NCBI GenBank assembly: GCA_027486675.1
Contig: JAIXOQ010000006.1
Coordinates: 9,125 to 73,124 of the forward strand
Origin: Pseudomonadota bacterium
Lineage (GTDB): Bacteria; Bdellovibrionota; UBA1018; CAIMNF01
DNA: 64,000 nt
Reading direction: 5' to 3'
Under the pieces are notes generated by a model that was given only the letters and a program-made list of their open reading frames with translations, was not told the origin of the DNA and searched no databases. How positions within the stretch are numbered: position 1 is the stretch's first letter; the number at the start of each line of letters is the position of its first letter. The translations under genes were made by a program, and so were the position numbers. This document shows positions 56,975 through 64,000 of the stretch, piece after piece.

Positions 56975-58345
56975 CTAAACCCGGCTATAGTCGTCTTGGT
57001 AGCGAGTAATGTCGTCTTCTCCAAAATAGGTGCCGACCTGCACCTCAACGAATTCAACTGTTTCTGTCGGGGAGGGATTTCTGATCCGATGTTTTGCGCC
57101 CACCGGAATATACACGTTTTCTCCGGGGCTTAATTTCAGGATCTGATCGTTCAAGACGACCTCCGGATGCCCTTGGATGATCACCCAGTGTTCAGCTCGT
57201 TTTTTATGGCTTTGATACGACAGCTGCTGACCTGGCAATACATGAATCACTTTTGATTTGAATGATTCTGTATCGCGCAAGATTTCGAAACTTCCCCAAG
57301 GTCTGATTTCAAATGTGCGTTGATCGAGTGTGTTGTTCTTTGTTTTCTTTAAAGTCGCAACCAGTTCTTTCGTTGCCTGTGATTCGCCTTTTTTTGCGAT
57401 CAAAATTGCATCCTCCGTATCGACCACGATGAGATCTGATACGCCCACCATGCCGATCGTCTTTGCTCGAGTTGAGAATGCAAAGTTATTTTCGGCGCGC
57501 ACAGCCGTGATTGCAGAGCTAGGGATGGATTCTGCGATTTCATCCCAAGAACCCATGTCACTCCAGCCGCAGGCGCAGGGCACACATGCTTGTTTTTTTT
57601 CCCGTTCCATCACTGCGTAGTCGATGCTGATTTCGGGCGCGGATTTGTAGATTTCAGCAAGGTTATCTAAAGACGGACTAAGTGCTGCAAAAGCCTTCAT
57701 GACTTCGGGCGCATGCGTGGTGAGCGCCTTTTCCATAGCGTCGATGCGAAATACGAACATCCCAGCATTCCAAAAGAAGTGGCCAGAGTTGACAAATTCT
57801 TCTGCTGTAAGGACATCTGGTTTTTCACGGAAACGAACGGATGCACGTGCTCCGGTTGATCCAATGGCATCGCCGACTTCGATGTATCCGTAACCTGTTG
57901 CCGCAAATGTGGGTTCAATTCCAAGAGTGCAGATGTAGCCTTCGGCTGCAGCCTTCGCGGCTGCTTTCACTGCATCTTGAAATACTCCCGGCTTAGTGAC
58001 GCGGTGGTCGGCCGGGAAAACTCCGACAATCGTATCCCCAGTGTGGTCCTTCTTTAAGCGGTGCAACAAGAGCGCGATCGCAGGTGCTGTGTTGCGGGGG
58101 CCCGGTTCGTAGATAGCCGCTTTAGGGTCAAGTTTAAGATCCTTAAGCGTTCTTTCAGTCAGAACGCGCAGGGCCTCAGTGGTTAACACAATAGGTTGTC
58201 CCAGAGGGAGGACACGCTTTAAGGTTTGAGCCAGCAGATTTTCGTCGAAGAGCTCGCAAAATTGCTTAGGAAACTGCGTGCGAGAGATGGGCCAAAGGCG
58301 GGTGCCGGATCCACCGGAAAGGACGACTGGAATAAGTGTGTTCAC
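56975..58345 (-). CDS. manC: mannose-1-phosphate guanylyltransferase/mannose-6-phosphate isomerase
   Basis: GGSGTRLWP, PKQF, WNAGMF, SIDYAVME, RPWG cupin. Confidence 0.95.
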   Translation of the reverse strand: MNTLIPVVLSGGSGTRLWPISRTQFPKQFCELFDENLLAQTLKRVLPLGQPIVLTTEALRVLTERTLKDLKLDPKAAIYEPGPRNTAPAIALLLHRLKKDHTGDTIVGVFPADHRVTKPGVFQDAVKAAAKAAAEGYICTLGIEPTFAATGYGYIEVGDAIGSTGARASVRFREKPDVLTAEEFVNSGHFFWNAGMFVFRIDAMEKALTTHAPEVMKAFAALSPSLDNLAEIYKSAPEISIDYAVMEREKKQACVPCACGWSDMGSWDEIAESIPSSAITAVRAENNFAFSTRAKTIGMVGVSDLIVVDTEDAILIAKKGESQATKELVATLKKTKNNTLDQRTFEIRPWGSFEILRDTESFKSKVIHVLPGQQLSYQSHKKRAEHWVIIQGHPEVVLNDQILKLSPGENVYIPVGAKHRIRNPSPTETVEFVEVQVGTYFGEDDITRYQDDYSRV

Positions 58346-58353
58346 AGTATGGA

Positions 58354-58403
58354 AGACTAACGAAAGTCAGCCCTTGATTCAAATCTATACATTTATGTAT
58401 CCT
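58354..58403. promoter_or_regulatory. divergent sigma70-like promoters with overlapping -35 boxes
   Basis: Minus TTGAAT-N17-TAGTCT-8 nt-GTG (manC); plus TTGATT-N18-TATCCT (nfu). Confidence 0.55.
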
Positions 58404-58414
58404 TTGAGATCTCC

Positions 58415-58978
58415 ATGGAAACATCAGCCGTTTACGTCAGTCTTGAGTTCACCCCCAACCCAAATACCTTAAAATACTCCGTGAATCGGAAGCTTTTAGA
58501 CCAAGGGGCTGCGAATTTCACGTCTTTGGAAGCGACTAAGGACAAGAGTCCTTTAGCGGAAAAATTGTTATCGGTTGATGGAATTTCGGCCGTGATGATC
58601 GGGCGCGACTTCGTGACGATCACGAAATCCGAAGCCGGAGACTGGGATCATGTGCATAAAAGTGCAGCAAGCACGATTGAAACGCATCTGACAGAAGGCG
58701 GCGCAGTCCTGATCGGTGAGGCCTTAAATCGTGCAGCAGCAGTGGGCAGCACTGATGTTGAAAAGCGCATTCAAGCGATTTTGGATTCTGATATCCGTCC
58801 AGCCGTTGCCCAAGATGGCGGAGATGTCACGATGGATCGCTATGAAGACGGGATTGTGTATCTGTTTATGCAAGGCGCATGTGCCGGCTGCCCAAGCTCT
58901 GCTATGACGCTCAAGATGGGCATTGAAACGAAGCTGAAAGAAGCGATTCCAGAGATCATTGAAGTCGTGAGTGTTTAG
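58415..58978 (+). CDS. NifU/Nfu family Fe-S carrier
   Basis: TPNPNTLK Nfu_N, IRPAVAQDGGD, GACAGCPSS. Confidence 0.94.
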   Translation: METSAVYVSLEFTPNPNTLKYSVNRKLLDQGAANFTSLEATKDKSPLAEKLLSVDGISAVMIGRDFVTITKSEAGDWDHVHKSAASTIETHLTEGGAVLIGEALNRAAAVGSTDVEKRIQAILDSDIRPAVAQDGGDVTMDRYEDGIVYLFMQGACAGCPSSAMTLKMGIETKLKEAIPEIIEVVSV

Positions 58979-59081
58979 GGGGTTGCGCGTGGTGAAGTGC
59001 CGCCAAGCGAGTTGGTTGCATTGTTGACAGCATTGATAAGTCGGCTGTAGTTAAGTCCATCGGAAAGATGAGACCTAAGAG

Positions 59082-59642
59082 ATGAATTTAAAAGCGATTA
59101 CTTTCTTGTTTTCTGTTCTTGCGACGTCGAGTTTAAGCGCTTCGGCCGCGCCAGGGCAGATGTTCTTGCGTGAGTATTATAGTGGCAAGATCTTTTATGA
59201 GCCAATCGCATCCGCTCAGTTTGATCCGAGCGGTTATGGTTGATTATTAGTCGTTCGATCTGAAAGTGGTTTTGTGGCGAGCGACCTCTATAAGAGTGAA
59301 ACAAATGGGTATCGTGACGTTAATTCTATAAACAGTGGGGGTTCGGTTGACATCTCGGCATGCGCTTACCCAGATGATGTTCACCCTGAAAATGTGCTGA
59401 ACCTTTTGTCTTACGGAAAACTGAAAGTGATCCCAGGGGATAAAAAATATCAGGTGCTGAAGCTTAAGTCTGACAAGTGCGGAATCGGTGAGCTCAAGCT
59501 CAGGGCGGGCCTTTCCAAGACAGAGCTGAAGAACGCGGTTCTGCAGCCGTTTTTTGGCCAAAACATGATAGATCTACCCGATCAGTTTTTCAGGGTAGTA
59601 CCAGCCGACGAATCCACCTGGGGCGCGCAGGTCTGGAAATGA
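59082..59642 (+). pseudogene. exported hypothetical protein interrupted by one in-frame TGA at 59241
   Basis: ATG 59082 encodes a signal peptide (MNLKAITFLFSVLATSSLSASA) in frame with ORF 59274..59642. Confidence 0.65.
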
Positions 59643-59888
59643 AGAGAAATTTAGAGTGGTATGAAAAAGCCACGGTTGTAGAAGTTCCAAGAGCGGTCGC
59701 ACGGGAGTTTTGATTTTCGCGACTTCATGCTTGACGCTTCAGCGGCGACTCACATTTTTAAGTTCGACTTGGAAGAATCGGGTTTCTTTTAGACGAACCA
59801 GGACGGCTGCACGAAAGTTTCGTTCGCTGAAGTCAGGAGTTTTTTCGTCTTGGCTCATTCGAGGTGATCCTAAGCCGTTTTAGAGAGC

Positions 59889-59908
59889 AAAAATCATGGG
59901 GTTACACT
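59889..59908 (+). promoter_or_regulatory. conserved upstream motif/-10 of HNH copy 2
   Basis: AAAAATCATGGGGTTACACT, matches 15693-15711 on the minus strand. Confidence 0.6.
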
Positions 59909-59918
59909 TATGGGTGCC

Positions 59919-60926
59919 ATGAACAAAAGTGAATTTAGAAAACTGTCTGACTTAGAACTCTTAAATCTAACAAGCAAAGCCGCAAAGAATGAGAAGGCCG
60001 CAACACTGGTACTGCTGGAACATTTGTTAGAAGTAGATCTGCGCCGAGCGTTTGCGGCAGATGCATATTCTAGTCTCTTTGATTATATCGTGCGGGGACT
60101 GAAGTATTTTGAAAGCCAAGCCGCAGAACGGGTATCAGCTGTGCGCCTTATACGCGAAACACCTGCGGTGAAAATCCACATTGAAGCAGGTGCGCTGACG
60201 CTGACCTCTGCCGCGATGATCCAGCGCCACATCCGGGCTGAGAAGAGTTTGAGTACAGGATCAAAAGAAAAAGTCACAGAAGAAGCAAAGACAGCACTAA
60301 TCACAGAGTGTCTTGGACTATCCAAGCGGGAAGTAGAAAAGATTCTTTTTTCACATGCATCAGCGCCCGTACAGCTGGCATCACAAGAACGCGTTCGTCA
60401 GGTCACGGAAACGCATACTGAAATCAAAGTTCTGATCGATGAAGAGACCAGGGAACTCCTGAGGCGTGCGAAGGAACTGTCCCAGGCCAGCACTACGGCG
60501 GATCTCTTCAAGCAAACTCTGAAGGCTTTCATCGAAAAACGCGAAAGACAGATGGGAAAGGTTCAATCGACTGAAGTAAAGCATCATGAAAATCTGGCGC
60601 AACTTTCGACCCCGACTCCGCCGGAAGTGCAACCCACCAAGTCAAATAATCCCTACAGTCGATATATCCCCACACAATTCAAGCGCGCTATTTATACACG
60701 CTCAAACGGCCAGTGCGAATACCGGGCTCCGCACACAGGTGTGCGCTGTCGATCCAAGGCGCACTTGCAAGTGGATCATGTCATCCCTCTTGCGGTCGGT
60801 GGCAAAACTGAACTGAAAAATCTCCGCCACTTGTGTGTGGCGCACAATCAAAAGGCCGCGCGCGACGCAGGGATATCGCATAACCTCTTCGGTCGATCTT
60901 TGGATTTCAAAAGGATTCAGAGATAA
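59919..60926 (+). CDS. DUF222-like domain + HNH endonuclease (copy 2)
   Basis: YSSLFDY, RSNGQCEY...LQVDHVIP...NLRHLCVAHN; paralogue of 14615..15685. Confidence 0.88.
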   Translation: MNKSEFRKLSDLELLNLTSKAAKNEKAATLVLLEHLLEVDLRRAFAADAYSSLFDYIVRGLKYFESQAAERVSAVRLIRETPAVKIHIEAGALTLTSAAMIQRHIRAEKSLSTGSKEKVTEEAKTALITECLGLSKREVEKILFSHASAPVQLASQERVRQVTETHTEIKVLIDEETRELLRRAKELSQASTTADLFKQTLKAFIEKRERQMGKVQSTEVKHHENLAQLSTPTPPEVQPTKSNNPYSRYIPTQFKRAIYTRSNGQCEYRAPHTGVRCRSKAHLQVDHVIPLAVGGKTELKNLRHLCVAHNQKAARDAGISHNLFGRSLDFKRIQR

Positions 60927-60947
60927 GATTAAGTTGAGGAGTCCAAA

Positions 60948-61478
60948 GTGAAAGAAGCTTTAAAAATTTTCCTGATCCTCGGTCTCACCGCCTGCGCGAG
61001 CCCTTCTCAGCTTTCGTTCAAGAATATTGCTTTCCCAGACATTGAAAACCTTGAGCCGGGAAGATCCACAAAAGATCAGGTGCTCACAATTTTCGGAAAA
61101 CCGAATCAAACGCGACCTCGCTCCGCTACCCAGGAGGCATGGATATACGACGCAGTTCTTAGTAACGGTGCGATAGGCCAGAAGGCTTCATTTTCTTTTG
61201 ATGGTGATATTTTGGTTGGAGCGCTTTGGATGCCGTACGAGTCAGACTCTCTTGAAAATGCACAAGCCGTTAAAGATCATTTTAAAGGCGCAAAGTTCAC
61301 CCGCAAAGTTAAGGGTTGGGACAAGAAGGGTCATTCTTACTCGGATCATGTTAATTATTATGATCCAGAGGGCGGAATTCTGTTCACAACGATGAGCGGA
61401 GATCGAGTCGTGAGTGCGATTGGCTTCAACCTACCTGATGCCAAGCGCGACATTTCTGCTGAGACGTCCAAGAAATAG
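60948..61478 (+). CDS. lipoprotein with SmpA/BamE-like motif
   Basis: LTA-C lipobox; LEPGRSTKDQVLTIFGKP...WIY; GAGGAG SD. Confidence 0.75.
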   Translation: MKEALKIFLILGLTACASPSQLSFKNIAFPDIENLEPGRSTKDQVLTIFGKPNQTRPRSATQEAWIYDAVLSNGAIGQKASFSFDGDILVGALWMPYESDSLENAQAVKDHFKGAKFTRKVKGWDKKGHSYSDHVNYYDPEGGILFTTMSGDRVVSAIGFNLPDAKRDISAETSKK

Positions 61479-61606
61479 TACCCTTCACACAATCGAAAAG
61501 CCGCGACCACAGCATGCCTTTCATCCTTCCCACCGCTCCCACCGGAATAACCCAGTTTGACGCCTGAGATGCCACGGGGGCGGACTCACTCAGATCTGAT
61601 GTAGGG

Positions 61607-61681
61607 CAAGGGGGAGTATGATCAGGTTTTATGAACCCTAAGTTCTGACGGGTGAATAAAACCTGATCATACTCCCCCTTG
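61607..61681. repeat. perfect 26-bp inverted repeat with 23-nt loop (MITE/REP-like or structured RNA)
   Basis: CAAGGGGGAGTATGATCAGGTTTTAT (61607-61632) / ATAAAACCTGATCATACTCCCCCTTG (61656-61681). Confidence 0.85.
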
Positions 61682-61726
61682 GCCTTAGGCAGGCAAATTG
61701 CAGGCCGCCCAAGGACCGCGTCAAAT

Positions 61727-61753
61727 TAAAGTTATTTCGCAATCTCCCGATAG
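61727..61753 (+). promoter_or_regulatory. sigma28 (FliA)-like promoter
   Basis: TAAAGTTA-N11-CCCGATAG vs consensus TAAAGTTT-N11-GCCGATAA. Confidence 0.65.
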
Positions 61754-61838
61754 GATTCTTGAGGGACCATGCTGGTCCCCAAACTTTATAAACTCAACAA
61801 GACCCAGGGAACAGGGTGAGAGCTAGAGGGAGTCTCAC

Positions 61839-62429
61839 ATGTTTCGTTTTCGTGGATTGCTGAGCCTGTTTGCCATGACCGCCATGATTGCCGTGTCGGT
61901 TTCAGTATTTGCAGCCCCTAAGGATAACTTTGACCGCCTAGATGGCTTCGGACCGAGCAAAGCGAAAGTCGATGTCATCGAGTGGGAAGACAATCTTGAG
62001 ATTCATGCCGAACCCATGGGAAAGCTGCTTGGCCTTGGTGCCAAGATCGATGATCGCACTCCTGGTAAAAAGATTTTAGTCATAGGCTTCAGAATGCAAG
62101 GTGAGCCGAGCGTATTTGTGCGTCGAGCAGATCTTGCGATCCCGCTTTATAGCGGATTCAAATTATTTAAGAACCCTGCAGCCAAGGGCTATGAAAAATG
62201 GGCCTTCTCAAACCAAGACCTTAAGGCTCCGTGGGTTGCTGTGAAAATGGATAAAGCCCCAGCCGACTGGTACCCAGAAGGGCATGAGGGCAACCAAGGA
62301 TCGCCGCTTGTCAGTGCCGATGAACCTGCTCAGCCAGAAAAGCGTTTGCCAGCCGCAGTCAGTGGTGAAGAGCCAGTGCGTCCAGCGAATGCCCCTGAAG
62401 AAGGTCAGATCAAACCTTACACCTGGTAA
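61839..62429 (+). CDS. exported hypothetical protein
   Basis: Signal peptide (VFA), GGGAG SD, RLPA motif in a disordered tail. Confidence 0.75.
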   Translation: MFRFRGLLSLFAMTAMIAVSVSVFAAPKDNFDRLDGFGPSKAKVDVIEWEDNLEIHAEPMGKLLGLGAKIDDRTPGKKILVIGFRMQGEPSVFVRRADLAIPLYSGFKLFKNPAAKGYEKWAFSNQDLKAPWVAVKMDKAPADWYPEGHEGNQGSPLVSADEPAQPEKRLPAAVSGEEPVRPANAPEEGQIKPYTW

Positions 62430-62465
62430 CAAGCAACGACGAATCGTGAGTTTTGAGCGGGAAAT

Positions 62466-62504
62466 AAAAAACCCCGTTCAACTGGAGAGCTGAACGGGGT
62501 TTTT
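62466..62504. terminator. bidirectional rho-independent terminator
   Basis: AAAAAACCCCGTTCA-N10-TGAACGGGGTTTTT between convergent genes. Confidence 0.88.
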
Positions 62505-62543
62505 GATGCTTGGTCTAGCGCAGATTTTTCTACGCCTTTCCTA

Positions 62544-63998
62544 TCATTGGGTTTTCTTTTCTTTGTGCAGCAACTTGTACCACCACTTATCTTTTTTCTT
62601 CGCTGCCTTCGCATCAGCCTGTTCGACTCCAGCCTTGACGCCATCGTTCAGCAAGCGATTGAGGAAGCGCAACATATTGAGGTTTGGATCAAAGATCTGA
62701 ATATTGCTTGGATCTAAGGCCGTAGCGTAAAGCTGATAGTCAGGATCAAACACTAGCTCATCTGTTTTTAAAGGATCAAACAATTTGAAGCTATCGCGCG
62801 CTAAGAATCGATCCATGAATTCTTCACCCGAGTAACTGTTTTCTCGGTCCATCGTTCGAGGCACAAACTTAAACACACAGGCTTTGAGTTTACGTTCAGC
62901 TTTCTCATCGTCATTCGCTTGGTTGACCTCAAGATCAACGCGTAGAACTCCGCGCATGCGATAAAAAGGGCCTTCAGTTTCGCCCTGCTTTTCTGTCGTA
63001 TCGATCCGAATCATCCAAGCAGTACCAGAAACGTTGTGCGAGTTTATAAGATGCCACTTTTCGGTTTCATCTTCACCACCTGGAACGGGGGGCGTCACCG
63101 AATAGCCACTCATACTCTTACAATCGGGCAGGGCTAAAGCCTTTTCAAACTCAGCATCAGCGCTTGCTCTCGTTAATCTGCTCACGGACAAGCTTGAGGC
63201 GGCGGAATGAGGTACAGTTTGAACGTAGGTGCCCACGTAGGTCTCAGCTTCCGATTCCGGTAGAGGCCAATACTTGGCGTCGAGCGGATCCGTGACTGTA
63301 CCGACGACTGCGCCATTCAAGCGCTTCTTCTCTTGGTCCGGGCGAGCTTTGTGTTCCCGTACTTCTGCAACGTGCCCGCGAAAGAAAACGCTATCATCGA
63401 TCAATCGCAACCAACCATTGCCAGCGTTGGTGAGATAAACGCCGTAGTCTGCGATGGTTTGGGTCTTCTGGTCTAGTCTTGATGGATCCGGCAGTTTGAA
63501 TCTTGTGCGTCCATAGAAAGCGCTATTGAAACTGGTCACCGAATATCGCTGCTCACGCATTAAATCATCGGGAACGAAATTAACAACGCACGCTTTGCCT
63601 CCCGTTTCATCGCTGAGCTTTAGGGCTACACGGACGACAAACATCCCAGCATCCTCGGCAGGCTTGCCATCGAAGGACTCCAGCTGACTTGGTAGGATAG
63701 CTACTGCCCATGTGAATCGTTTTGACTTTAAGAAATCTTCATCAGACCACAGTGGGGTTCCAGACTTAGGACATTCTGTTCCCTGAGTGAAATTTTCAAA
63801 CTCCTGGCTCACGAGCTTCCCTAACGGAGGTGCGTCCTCGTCCGCTTCCTCTTCCTCGTCGGTCACCTCTAAGGTCGGAAACACACGCTTCAGCGATGAG
63901 CTGAGCTTAAATCGCATATTTTTGCCCGATTTGGCCGCCTGCGACGGCAAATGCGACGGTACGTCTTGGATATAAAAACCCACTAAACTCTCGGGGGA
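62544..63998 (-). CDS. hypothetical protein with tandem duplicated domain, 5' partial
   Basis: Frame open to the window edge; internal repeat KACV.NFVP / KACVFKFVP. Confidence 0.75.
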   Translation of the reverse strand, partial: SPESLVGFYIQDVPSHLPSQAAKSGKNMRFKLSSSLKRVFPTLEVTDEEEEADEDAPPLGKLVSQEFENFTQGTECPKSGTPLWSDEDFLKSKRFTWAVAILPSQLESFDGKPAEDAGMFVVRVALKLSDETGGKACVVNFVPDDLMREQRYSVTSFNSAFYGRTRFKLPDPSRLDQKTQTIADYGVYLTNAGNGWLRLIDDSVFFRGHVAEVREHKARPDQEKKRLNGAVVGTVTDPLDAKYWPLPESEAETYVGTYVQTVPHSAASSLSVSRLTRASADAEFEKALALPDCKSMSGYSVTPPVPGGEDETEKWHLINSHNVSGTAWMIRIDTTEKQGETEGPFYRMRGVLRVDLEVNQANDDEKAERKLKACVFKFVPRTMDRENSYSGEEFMDRFLARDSFKLFDPLKTDELVFDPDYQLYATALDPSNIQIFDPNLNMLRFLNRLLNDGVKAGVEQADAKAAKKKDKWWYKLLHKEKKTQ

Positions 63999-64000
63999 CT

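Noticed and set aside
61529..61546. TCCCACCG tandem duplication
   Set aside because: Two 8-bp copies only; within chance expectation
1..64000. CRISPR array, tRNA, rRNA, integron attC array, alternative genetic code
   Set aside because: No regularly spaced repeats or cloverleaf seen; TGA, TAG and TAA all terminate conserved genes at expected positions

Overview
64 kb of a gene-dense bacterial chromosome, about 50% GC by eye. Gene order (pilB-T-C, pilA, myxobacterial-type pilGHI, pilD, pilMNOPQ-TPR-efp-accBC, tamB-Omp85, rplM-rpsI) and the DUF222-like HNH proteins suggest a Bdellovibrionota or other deltaproteobacterial-type organism (inference). The type IV pilus locus is interleaved with defence- or selfish-looking cassettes: three AAA_14+DUF4143 ATPase-nucleases, an HTH + nucleotidyltransferase TA-like pair, a Fic protein and an HNH endonuclease. 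The rest is housekeeping metabolism, sugar-nucleotide genes, orphan lipoproteins, one DDE insertion sequence and a second HNH paralogue. Main observations: (1) the IS 3' end is an inverted copy of DNA beside its own insertion site; (2) the AAA-DUF4143 genes have palindromic operator-like sites over leaderless promoters; (3) a GGCCGGCC-core palindrome flanks the Fic gene; (4) the PilR-position sigma54 activator has no receiver, a truncated HTH and probably a CTG start; (5) leaderless promoters are common, including a symmetric 14-bp bidirectional one; (6) a secreted-protein gene is split by one in-frame TGA; (7) there is a perfect 26-bp hairpin. No rRNA, tRNA or CRISPR array was seen. Family assignments come from motif recognition by eye; no database searches were run.
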